Notes: a model not told the origin generated them from the letters alone. A stretch of 64,000 nucleotides of DNA from Candidatus Bathyarchaeota archaeon (GCA_963769425.1 CAVYLP010000004.1:352494-416493); one strand, 5' to 3'. Positions 8,857 through 18,065 are shown, numbered from the stretch's first letter. Numbers and translations: made by a program.

Positions 8857-9870
8857 TTATTGATCCTTCCTGTAGACATCCCTCAATACATCGTCAACTA
8901 AGGTGATGTACTTCGAATCCGATTCGGGACCTGAGATCTTTGAGGAAAGTACATCGAGGTATATCTGCTGAATGTCCTCGAACTCTCGACTCATCATTAC
9001 TCTTAGCCCCCTTCCAACCATTATAGCCGCTCGGGTTCCCGGCTTCGACTCAAGGGGCATTTTATCCCTAATATGCCTCATCGAAGTAACTACTTTTCCC
9101 GCGTCTTCGTCATTAAGCCCAGTGTGCTTCATCACAATATCGAGCTCTGTGGGGAAATCGTAATAGTCCATGTAAATGTGAATCATGCGATCCAGAAGGG
9201 CATCTTGTGGCCTGTGAACACCAGCATACTCGATGGAGTTGCTTGTGAATATTACACTGAAGTTAGGATGCACCTTCACGTAGCGTTGTGCACCAAACAT
9301 CATTGGAAGCTCGAGAATGCCCTCTTCGAGGACTGAAAGTAGCACGTTGTTGGCCATCGGCTTTGCTCGAGAAAACTCGTTATAGATTAGAGTGTAGCCA
9401 TACTTACATGCGATCGTAAGTGGGTTATCCACCCACATGTATTTACTCTTGTCCTTCGCGACGACGACGTTGTGTACGTACCTATCCCTAATTATGGATG
9501 TCTCCATCTCGGAGTACCCTCCGATCAGGTCTCCAGTTGTCATTTGATCGTCTCCGTTTACCCATAGAATGGGTTGGCCCATTTTCCTGGCTACGGCTAG
9601 CGCTAGCGTCGTCTTCCCACACCCGGTTGGACCTATTAGATGTGGAGAATACCCAACATCGGTCCACTTCACTACTCGCTCAATTATCTTGCTGACTTGT
9701 TCTGTCTCCACGAAATTCTCATTGGCTGGAACCAGAAACTCGAAATCTACTTTATCAATTTTTATAGGTTCTTCGTTTTTCACTCTTTTCTTCTTATCTG
9801 AGTGCTCCTTCATCGTGTCATGTATTTTTGACCCAATCACTCGTCGAGGATGCGCTTCCTTGTAATACAT
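8857..9870 (-). CDS. gvpN: Gas vesicle AAA+ ATPase GvpN
   Basis: 337 aa with Walker A GPTGCGKTT. The overall pattern is typical of GvpN/CbbQ-like ATPases. It is the first gene of the minus-strand operon. Confidence 0.9.
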   Translation of the reverse strand: MYYKEAHPRRVIGSKIHDTMKEHSDKKKRVKNEEPIKIDKVDFEFLVPANENFVETEQVSKIIERVVKWTDVGYSPHLIGPTGCGKTTLALAVARKMGQPILWVNGDDQMTTGDLIGGYSEMETSIIRDRYVHNVVVAKDKSKYMWVDNPLTIACKYGYTLIYNEFSRAKPMANNVLLSVLEEGILELPMMFGAQRYVKVHPNFSVIFTSNSIEYAGVHRPQDALLDRMIHIYMDYYDFPTELDIVMKHTGLNDEDAGKVVTSMRHIRDKMPLESKPGTRAAIMVGRGLRVMMSREFEDIQQIYLDVLSSKISGPESDSKYITLVDDVLRDVYRKDQ

Positions 9871-10367
9871 TCCTTTCTTATCACCTGAGAATGAGGGCTC
9901 CTTAGCCTTTTTAACTAATATTTAGAAAATAGTTATGAGTATTGAGTCGAGTTTGGAAACATTAACAATAAACGAATAAGTGAAAAAACTAAGAAATAGG
10001 TTATGTCGCCTTTTGCTTATTTTCCATATTACTCTTCAGCCATATGGTCCTTACACACTGTGGGCGAGGAACAACTGACATATGTTGAGTCATTTCTCTG
10101 AATTTCTTTGACCAGAGTAACTGTTTTATCCTTTTTGGATTCTTACTTGCTATAGACATATTTCTTAACCTTCTACACTGAGCTAAAACGATTCTCTGAA
10201 AGTATATAACAAATATTCAAGGAGATGAAACGTAAATTGTTTCGAATCCGGATGTTCCTTTTGATTAATGATAATGAAGTTTGTTTAAAAGAGTTTTTTT
10301 GATAAATCTATTGATAAATATAATATGAGTGACAAAGAGCGAGTAAATAGTTTATTTTTTGATATTT

Positions 10368-11081
10368 TTAGATTGTCTTTAACTTTTTTAAAGTTATTTC
10401 TAAAATACCATTTTCGTATTTCTTTTTAACATCAGTTTTATCGGCTTTTTCAGGGAGGTTTATTTCGATGAGGTTATTGTCATTTAGACCAGTATTTATT
10501 TTTAGCTTATCCCGATCGACTTCGACTGTTATTTTCTTTTCGTCCAAGTTTGGTAGCTCAGCTATTATGGTGATGTAGTCGACATTTTCCGTTATTTCGA
10601 TTAAGGGTTCGTTATTATCTAGGGATTTGGGTAAATCTCCGAGTTTTAAGTTGAGGGATGGCTCTTTTCCAGGACGTTTACTGTTAAGACTGCTGTGGCC
10701 AACGATATGACCTTTCAGAGGTCTGGCGTTTATTTTATATTCGAAGACACCTTTTTTTCCTGCTACCTCAAATTCCTTTTTAACATATTCCGTTTTTTCT
10801 GATAGTTCAGATAATCTGTTAATAATATCTATAAATCCGCCGTTTTTATTATTATCACTCGCCTTTCCAGAAATTCCCATAGTGTTAAAAGTTAAATTGA
10901 ATAGATCTGATACCTCATTCACCATTTTCTTTAAATCACTATTTTCATCTACTTGTTTATTTTTTTGCATCTTTTCATTTAATTCTTGTAAGCTTTTTTC
11001 AATTTTCTCGATTTCATTTTTCCTTTGTTTTACTTCTTCCGATAAGTCCTCTATTTTTTTTCTGATGTCATCATTTGACAA
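10368..11081 (-). CDS. Hsp20/alpha-crystallin small heat-shock protein with N-terminal coiled coil
   Basis: 237 aa. The C-terminal about 90 aa (IEITENVDYITIIAELPNLDEKKITVEVDRDKL...KKKYENGILEITLKK) is an alpha-crystallin domain pattern. The N-terminal half is Lys/Glu-rich coiled coil. Confidence 0.8.
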   Translation of the reverse strand: MSNDDIRKKIEDLSEEVKQRKNEIEKIEKSLQELNEKMQKNKQVDENSDLKKMVNEVSDLFNLTFNTMGISGKASDNNKNGGFIDIINRLSELSEKTEYVKKEFEVAGKKGVFEYKINARPLKGHIVGHSSLNSKRPGKEPSLNLKLGDLPKSLDNNEPLIEITENVDYITIIAELPNLDEKKITVEVDRDKLKINTGLNDNNLIEINLPEKADKTDVKKKYENGILEITLKKLKTI

Positions 11082-11096
11082 TTCATTAACACACTC

Positions 11097-11465
11097 TTAG
11101 ACATTATTCGCGTTCAAATTTTTTAATAAATGTATATTTACAAAACTGAATATTCTTTCACTATGTTTTTGATACGAATCATTAATTATATGTACCCTTA
11201 TTTGACCTTTCTCAGTGAGAGAATATAATTTTCTTCTATCCATGGAGTTAACTTCTATAAATCCCTCCTTCTCAAGATGATATAGAAGAGGGTACAGAGT
11301 CCCTGGGCTAAGTAAAACGCCGAACGACTTGTGTAATTCTCCGATTAATTTGTATCCGTATATGGGTTCGCCATTCAGCATAGCAAGTACTATTACGTCT
11401 AAAAATGTCTTGATCATGCTGTCGTTTAGTTTTTCCGAAGTATATTCTGGATACATCGTGGTCAT
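11097..11465 (-). CDS. PadR-family transcriptional regulator
   Basis: 122 aa. FLDVIVLAMLNGEPIYGYKLIGELHKSFGVLLSPGTLYPLLYHLEKEGFI is a classic PadR wHTH. Transcribed divergently from gvpA. Confidence 0.85.
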   Translation of the reverse strand: MTTMYPEYTSEKLNDSMIKTFLDVIVLAMLNGEPIYGYKLIGELHKSFGVLLSPGTLYPLLYHLEKEGFIEVNSMDRRKLYSLTEKGQIRVHIINDSYQKHSERIFSFVNIHLLKNLNANNV

Positions 11466-11655
11466 GGTAGGTACAACAGTTAGTTTGTTATTAAACAGTT
11501 ATGAATGCCATATTTATGTAAAATATACATCCAGATGAATTATCAATCTATACAAGAAAATCATGTAAATTAAACATCTATAATAAGGATATTATGTTTA
11601 ATGATTTATAGTATATTTTCTGATTTGATATAAGAAACGGATATCTAAATATTGC

Positions 11656-11664
11656 TTATATAAA
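11656..11664 (+). promoter_or_regulatory. Candidate TATA box of the gvpA promoter
   Basis: TTATATAAA lies about 75 nt upstream of the gvpA ATG. A GGAG ribosome-binding site at 11727-11730 is 6 nt before the ATG. Sequence pattern only. Confidence 0.3.
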
Positions 11665-11736
11665 GAAAGGGAATGTTCTGTGTTTAGGCGAGTCGAGAAC
11701 GAAGAGTCGCCGACAAAACAAAAAAAGGAGTAATGA

Positions 11737-11967
11737 ATGAAAATGGTAAGTCAAACCCCAGATGCAAGCAGTCTCGCAGAAGTTATCGACAGGATACTGG
11801 ACAAAGGTCTAGTCGTGGACGTATGGGCCAGGGCTTCACTGGTTGGGATAGAGATCCTGACCATCGAGGCTCGCGTGGTCGCAGCCAGCGTTGACACGTT
11901 CCTCCACTACGCTGAGGAGATGACAAAGGTCGAGCAAGCGGCCATTGCCGTTGCCCCAGCTGCGTAG
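11737..11967 (+). CDS. gvpA: Major gas vesicle structural protein GvpA
   Basis: 76 aa. [52 protein letters not shown] is the near-universal GvpA core. Confidence 0.95.
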   Translation: MKMVSQTPDASSLAEVIDRILDKGLVVDVWARASLVGIEILTIEARVVAASVDTFLHYAEEMTKVEQAAIAVAPAA

Positions 11968-11997
11968 AGGATACCTACCACCTACTGACCTCTTCTG

Positions 11998-12522
11998 TTG
12001 AGGTGTATGACCACGGCCGAATACAATGAAGCCAAAGAAACGTATATCAAGGAGCTAGCAAGCAACAACTCAAGGAAAAAGTTGGATGAGATAGCATCGG
12101 CTTTGGACCTTGACCCCAAGAAGTACGCGAGCAAGAGGGAGATTGCATTAGCAATCATGCTGGCTGGCAGTCAAGCTCTGTTGTATAGGTCTAACGTCGA
12201 CACCGCCGATACAGAAGAGGAAAAAAAGGAGATGAGTAAACAAATGAGTTCCGTGAAAAGCATCAGAAAAGCCATCAACGACGAAGCAGAGAGTTTCATG
12301 ACATTCTATAAGGGCGAGTTTATGACCAACATAGCAGCGTTCCATGATGCCACTCAGATGTTCAGAGAGGACATCAAAAAGCAGGTGAAGGAGAACAACG
12401 ACTTTGATCATGAATTTGGTCAGAGTGTCAAGAAATATCAGGACAGCATAGAAATCTTCAGACGCAGCATACTAGAACAGTCAAAAGAGAACCAAAAATA
12501 CATCAGACAGTTCTACGGCTAA
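11998..12522 (+). CDS. Hypothetical protein immediately downstream of gvpA (GvpC position)
   Basis: 174-aa ORF with a TTG start at 11998 and an alternative ATG at 12007. It is hydrophilic and helical-looking, with two loosely similar about 30-aa C-terminal segments. No clear similarity to GvpC. Confidence 0.5.
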   Translation: MRCMTTAEYNEAKETYIKELASNNSRKKLDEIASALDLDPKKYASKREIALAIMLAGSQALLYRSNVDTADTEEEKKEMSKQMSSVKSIRKAINDEAESFMTFYKGEFMTNIAAFHDATQMFREDIKKQVKENNDFDHEFGQSVKKYQDSIEIFRRSILEQSKENQKYIRQFYG

Positions 12523-12574
12523 TAGTCTCCCTTTTTTCACTTAATATTTTTCTTTGAGTAAATTTAACCAGGTA

Positions 12575-12917
12575 ACTAATTCGTATTTTTTTTAATAGTT
12601 TAGGAAGGGGATCAATAATTTATATAATTTAATGTGATTCTTAATAATATCTTTTAATAAGTAAATTTGTTGAATAGTATTGGAAATAATTTCCTTATTG
12701 ATATTTATTTCTTACTATCTTTTCTTATAACCTTAACGATGATTACTACTAATTCGTATTTTTTTTAATAGTTTAGGAAAGGGATCAATAATTTATATAA
12801 TTTAATGTGATTCTTATAATATCTTTTAATAAGTAAATTTGTTGAATGGTATTGGAAATAATTTCTTTATTAATATTTATTTATTACTATCTTTTCTTAT
12901 AACCTTAACGATGATTA
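12575..12917. repeat. Tandem duplication, 2 x about 173 bp, AT-rich
   Basis: Unit 12575-12747 recurs at 12748-12917 with a few substitutions and one 1-nt indel. It begins 53 nt after the stop of the gvpA-downstream gene. Confidence 0.9.
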
Positions 12918-13287
12918 TCTCACCTAATTTTAAATTGAGTTCTCTAACGATATTTACAGGTATTGTAATTATTGAGCTAGCACATTGATATCTAACTTTA
13001 CCTTCGAACTTCTTTGAGAATTCATTGATTTCGTTCTCTGTTTATAAGAACTGATGTGTGAACCTTAATTTAATATTCTTCGTGGTTTAATAACTCACAA
13101 TAATTGTAAAGGCTTTAAATTTACCTCATTTCCACTCTCCCAGTTAATTCTTAGAGCAGGATCGATTGAAACACCATTTAATCTCTTTAACCTCATACAT
13201 CCGACAAAACCATGGGAAAGTCTCGCGAGCGAGTTATCAACAGGGAACGGGCACTACTAAATAATTCTCATTGCGCGAAATATTTAA

Positions 13288-13539
13288 TCAACCATTAGCC
13301 CAGGTGTTATTTTTGGCTTTAGCCGCTTTCGCAGGAGCAAAAATCTCACTCTCTATACCAACTAAATGTTTAGCCTCTTGGAAGGAAATCAAGAAATCCT
13401 TTCCCTTCTCAGTGATCATGTAATGCTTCCTCTTCCCTATGCCTTCCTCAGCAGGGGTACGGTACTTCAAAAGTCCCTGATCTAGGGAGTCGTATAAGTG
13501 AGAACCTACTTGTTTCCAGTTGCAGCTCGCCATGTACAT
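13288..13539 (-). CDS. Small winged-helix-like protein, possibly 5'-truncated
   Basis: 83 aa. LYDSLDQGLLKY...KHYMITEKGKDFLISFQEA resembles the recognition-helix/wing part of small archaeal wHTH proteins. The N-terminal part of the fold appears to be missing. Confidence 0.35.
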   Translation of the reverse strand: MYMASCNWKQVGSHLYDSLDQGLLKYRTPAEEGIGKRKHYMITEKGKDFLISFQEAKHLVGIESEIFAPAKAAKAKNNTWANG

Positions 13540-13913
13540 GATCGATTTTTAGTGAAATCGATTAAAACTGAACCTATTTGTTTCATATCCGAAATAATAA
13601 TTGCCTCTCATTATTTATAAAAATATTTAATAAAATCGATATTAACCCGTATCGTTTTTCGATACAATTATCGATAATAATTTAGAAAATTCGAGATTAT
13701 AACATATTTGAGCAGTCTCTCAACTTCTAACGAGCGCTCTCACTAACTCCAGTTTCTGCTTCCATTCACTTCTTTTCCACGATGGAGATTATCCGATTCT
13801 TTAAAACCAATTGGTTTATAGGGTCGGTTCTCTTTCTAGTGAAAGTACTCTTCATATTATTAACTGGATAATAGTGGAGAAGTATTGATATCTTGACAAA
13901 AGCGAAGATCAAA

Positions 13914-14186
13914 TTAATTGGTTTTTTTGAATCCAATAACTGGATAGAGGTTTTTCAACTCTTTTTCTCTCTCATCTAATTGTTTTTCAATCAGTTCTAA
14001 TAGTTGTTCAGGTGAAAATGGTTTTACAATGTACTCGTGTACCCCATAGCGGATAGCCTCCTGAGCGGTCTCAATGGAAGGATAGCCTGTAATGATTAAT
14101 TTCCGGATTACTGGCTTAGTGTCCTCAATAAAACCTATTAATTTTACTCCATCCATATCAGAGAGTTTAACGTCAACAATAATCAA
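13914..14186 (-). pseudogene. 5'-truncated CheY-like receiver domain
   Basis: 90 aa starting at IIVDVKLSDMDG, the phospho-acceptor Asp region, and running through KPF to the C-terminus. The N-terminal about 50 aa with the acidic pocket are absent. The upstream in-frame sequence is closed by TAA. Confidence 0.6.
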
Positions 14187-14510
14187 TGAATAAAATTTAT
14201 GAGATGTTTAATATAATGTTTAAGAAGATCTTCAGTCTTTTCTTTTCCATATGGTGTGAGTTTATATGATATTTTTATTGCTTTCCGTCACTACTATTTT
14301 TCGTTTAAATCGGGTTTCCGTCAACTCTACTATTAATCGAATTAAATTGTCTTTTTCCATTCTGTAAAGAAGTGGATACATGGTACCCGGACTCAGTAGG
14401 ACGCCAAATTGTTTGTGCCTGCTATTATCTTTTTCCCAAATTATGTTTATGTAGAGAGAAAAAAAATAGCGTCCCAGTAGGGTTCGCGGGTAAAGTTCGA
14501 TATCAGTGTG
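14183..14510 (-). pseudogene. PadR-family gene remnant (no start codon, frameshift)
   Basis: The minus-strand frame reads ...HKQFGVLLSPGTMYPLLYRMEKDNLIRL...NII-stop (stop at 14262-14264). It continues in another frame as YKLTPYGKEKTEDLLKHYIKHL. There is no start codon after the upstream in-frame TAG at 14511-14513. Confidence 0.5.
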
Positions 14511-15130
14511 CTAGTTCTATAATTACTATACCTGTAAGTATTGTCCGAGGTCTTAACCTGAAATTAGGTGATACTGTTATGTGAGTGTCAAAAGATGATA
14601 GTAAGGATAATTTGCAGACTAAGTAAACTAGTTAGATATTTTAACCGAGATAATATGTAATAGATATCCAATAGATCACACGCCTTATCTTTCACAGTGT
14701 CATCAATCTAACCATTTAAAAAAATCATTTGATTTCAATCTAAAAAATAGTCTTAACTTCAATACTATACGATATGATACATCGATATACTTTTAAAAAA
14801 CTACATATTCAGATCTGAACGACATTACAGAACGTTAAAAATTCAAAAGTAAAAATTAATCCTCTATCCAACATTTTATTGATAGCTTCTGTCATACTGA
14901 ATGCCTCTACGGCGACTTACCGTTTTTTTCATATATATATATTTATTTTTTTCTACGAGCCTTTTTTTGACTCGCTTAAACAAATTATATTATATTTGTT
15001 TATGCACATCTGCTATTATCTTGTAACCATATGCAGGTTCGTTTTTTAATATGATGAGAATTATAATATCTAAAAGGGATTTTATAAGTTGGTCGTCGAG
15101 GTTTACTTCGATTCGATTTTGTGGATATAA

Positions 15131-15294
15131 CATTAAAGTAATACACCTTCATTGGAGGCAATGTTAAACTTTAGACACGATCTCCAAGTTAAGAAGCCTC
15201 ATCCCAAAAAAAAAAAACATTAACGTAATACACCTTCGTTGTAGGCTATGGTAAACTTTAGCACGCTCTCCACGTTAAGAAACCTGATCCCAAA
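15131..15294. repeat. Direct repeat, 2 x about 77 bp with about 87-bp period
   Basis: 15131-15207 and 15218-15294 align with roughly 80% identity by eye. They are separated by an A-run. Confidence 0.8.
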
Positions 15295-15984
15295 CATATT
15301 TACACAGTCATCTTTGATGCAACTTGGTTCTTCGACCCGAGTTAATTCGGCTCGTAATGAGTTTTCACTTATTTCCTTACCGAGTAACTCAAAACTAGGT
15401 TAATATAATTTTAACTGTTATTCATCAAGAATCTATAAATATTCACATTCTCGTTAAATAAATATTTTCTGTTAATCGATTCGAAATCGTATCGAAATCC
15501 GATAATTCAATTATATATTTATTATATATGGAGAAAAATACAACATAATATTAATGAAAAATATACTTAACGGGTTAATAATCGCCTTAGACTGAAATTT
15601 TTATACTCTCGAAGTTTTAAAGGTCTCTGCGTTGCATTGGTGACCTTGAAAGCTTTAAAGTTTAATTTAGTTTGATTTGTATAGCACCTTTGGTCGAGTT
15701 TTGATCTTGATCGTGAAATAAGTTGCGCGCGCGAATGATAGTATCGTATGAAAGTTTCAATTCCATAATCTTTAGAATAGTGATATGATTGTTGCCCGTA
15801 TGGAGATAAATAGAATCATTGTTGCGTTTACCCTTTTCAGACGGAACGAGACTTACTGGGATATTTTAGAAAGGTGAAGAGCACTAATGCGATTACATTT
15901 AGGATATGAAATTAGATAGCTATCATTTGGATAATTTCAGATTTTCTTCTAAATCGATAAATTTATACATTCACAATTCACTTT

Positions 15985-16224
15985 TTGTTTATGATTTCCG
16001 TGGTAACCTGGAGATACACCATATCCATTGTGGGACTTAACTTACTCTTTGTACATCTCCTTGAGATAAACCTACATGAATTTCAGAGTACAGTACACAT
16101 CATCTTGGTTTATTCCACAGGTGCAATTGGGTCAATTCTCGTCCTAGTTGGATCGTACTACGTGATCAAATTTTGGCTACTGCACCGCAAGTTCATGCGG
16201 GAGTTGGATAAGTTTTTTTCCTGA
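15985..16224 (+). CDS. Hypothetical small membrane protein
   Basis: 79-aa ORF with two hydrophobic segments. It sits in otherwise non-coding AT-rich DNA. Confidence 0.25.
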   Translation: MFMISVVTWRYTISIVGLNLLFVHLLEINLHEFQSTVHIILVYSTGAIGSILVLVGSYYVIKFWLLHRKFMRELDKFFS

Positions 16225-16396
16225 TATTCGTGATGGCTAGGTGTGTACACTTTATTCGACCAATAATCGATACCCCCAGAGATCCAGTCATCACGCGCTG
16301 AGTTTGTTTAGAAATTAATATTTACAAACACTCTCCTTAAAAAAGATGGTAATATGAATCGGGTATGAGGCTAGGTTTAGACATTGGCTTTTACGT

Positions 16397-16783
16397 CTAA
16401 ACTCTGCGTTTAATCAGACTTCTGATCTCCTCGGCGACAGTGTCGCGGATACGTAAGCTCTTTAAAATGAATCTATTTGCACCCGCGGATAGCGCGGCCT
16501 CCGCGACCTTATCATCGTCCACCATGCTGTAGACTATTATCGGAACATTCGAGGTACGGCGGATACTTCTCACCAACTCGATTCCATTCATTTCCTTCAT
16601 CAAACAGTCGGTCACAACGCAGTCGAACTCGTTGCGGTGGATCTCATCTACTGTCTCGTTGGGTGAGGAGCAAAATCTAACGAGCATATCGTCTTCTGGC
16701 TCGAAGAATAGCTTCATTGCTTCTAACTGATAAGCGTCGTCGTCGACGCAGAGAACTCTTATTTTTTCCTTACGTTTGGACAT
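16397..16783 (-). CDS. Stand-alone CheY-like response-regulator receiver
   Basis: 128 aa with the receiver pattern IRVLCVDDD...FDCVVTDCLMKEMNGIEL...PIIVYS...ANRFILKS. No output domain. Confidence 0.85.
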   Translation of the reverse strand: MSKRKEKIRVLCVDDDAYQLEAMKLFFEPEDDMLVRFCSSPNETVDEIHRNEFDCVVTDCLMKEMNGIELVRSIRRTSNVPIIVYSMVDDDKVAEAALSAGANRFILKSLRIRDTVAEEIRSLIKRRV

Positions 16784-16958
16784 TGGATTTCTATGTTTAT
16801 TATTTTTATCATTATATGTTAAAAGCTTTAGCCTGTGAGGATTCGATAGGGATGATTTATGCGCTTACCTATTTCGAAGCATTCAACATGATGACCTTTT
16901 CTAAACAAAGCTAGCACACTACTCTGGGTAACGGAGTCAATTTTAACCCTGCTTTTTC

Positions 16959-17303
16959 CTAACCAATTATCGCCTGGATTTGTTCCTGCAACCTCGTAAC
17001 GTTTGCCATAAGTTGCTGCAACATGGTCCCCTGAGTTTCGATGAGTATGCTCTGGGCCTGAAGTTGTGCGGCTTGAGCTTGAATCTGTACATCTTGGGCC
17101 TGAATCTGTGCATCTTTGGCCAGAAGTTGAGCGTCCTTTGCTTGAAGCAGTGCATCTTTCGCGGTTATCTCCGCGTCTTGGCTCTGAAGTCTGGCTTGAG
17201 AGGCGACGTTTTGATTTTGGATAGATGTTGAGGCAATGATGTATCCTCCAACCAGGCCCCCAGTCAAACAGATTATCGCTAGGATATAGAGTTTCGAATC
17301 CAT
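16959..17303 (-). CDS. Membrane-anchored coiled-coil protein with 7-aa (21-nt) tandem repeats
   Basis: 114 aa with an N-terminal TM helix, then AKDALLQ AKDAQLL AKDAQIQ AQDVQIQ AQAAQLQ heptads. Overlapping ORFs in other frames are repeat shadows. Confidence 0.55.
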   Translation of the reverse strand: MDSKLYILAIICLTGGLVGGYIIASTSIQNQNVASQARLQSQDAEITAKDALLQAKDAQLLAKDAQIQAQDVQIQAQAAQLQAQSILIETQGTMLQQLMANVTRLQEQIQAIIG

Positions 17304-17414
17304 GGAACTAGGTTGTGGAAGAGAAGTTAAGTTTTATGACGATTAATCTTATCAATGTTAAATCAACCGTGAACTGATCACTTTTAAAAGCTCTTGCGCC
17401 GTGTGTGCCCGTCA

Positions 17415-17786
17415 TTACAATATCTTTGAGATAGCTTTCCTCGTCTCAGCGGGGAAGTTCTCCAATAAGCAAGTCAACATTGTTTCAACTATGTATTTTC
17501 TAAATCCTTCTTCATCCAATGGAGGGTGATAGACGTAGTGATGACCACCTTTACCGGTCGCGTCATCCCCTCGTATTACCAACATTTCACGCATTGCTTC
17601 AAGGAAATTGATGATGCTCGCTTTACTGATAGGTTCATTATTGAGGGCCTTGACCACGGAGTTCCAGACAGTACTGCTGGATACTCCCTCGGGATGACTC
17701 CAAACCACCTTTATCGTCTCAAGTTGCCAGTCCTTGATGACCGCAAGGAAGCCGATCCGAGACGTATCGAATTCGATTTCGTTCAT
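17415..17786 (-). CDS. BlaI/MecI/CopY-like winged-helix regulator (paralog B)
   Basis: 123 aa, colinear with ORF 174..542 (MNxxEFDTS...KDWQL...ASIINFLEAMREM...GKGGHH.VY...GF+KYIVE). Opposite orientation. Confidence 0.55.
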   Translation of the reverse strand: MNEIEFDTSRIGFLAVIKDWQLETIKVVWSHPEGVSSSTVWNSVVKALNNEPISKASIINFLEAMREMLVIRGDDATGKGGHHYVYHPPLDEEGFRKYIVETMLTCLLENFPAETRKAISKIL

Positions 17787-18065
17787 CCTAATTAATTAAA
17801 CATCTAGGTTAGTTTTAAATATTTATCAAAATTAAATTAAGATTGCTATTTGCTTAATCGCGCATATAAAACCTGGAGGAGAACTCCTACGATTTCTTGC
17901 CAATCTATTTGGAAGTACTACGTCTGACGGGGAAAATGGGAGCCGCTAATTAATTCTGCAAAGGATCCTCTTTAACGCCACATCCAGAAAAGATTTCCTC
18001 GTAGAAAAAATCGATATATTTATTTAAAAAATATTTGACGCCCGTGCTGTCTGTTTCCTATACAA

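Noticed and set aside
14372-14584. Plus-strand 70-aa ORF.
   Set aside because: It is antisense to the recognisable PadR remnant (LLSPGTMYPLLY motif on the minus strand).
16967-17231. ORFs 16967..17155 (-) and 16980..17231 (+) inside the heptad-repeat gene.
   Set aside because: They are alternative frames kept open by the 21-nt repeats. The frame with an N-terminal TM helix and coiled-coil heptads is the coherent one.
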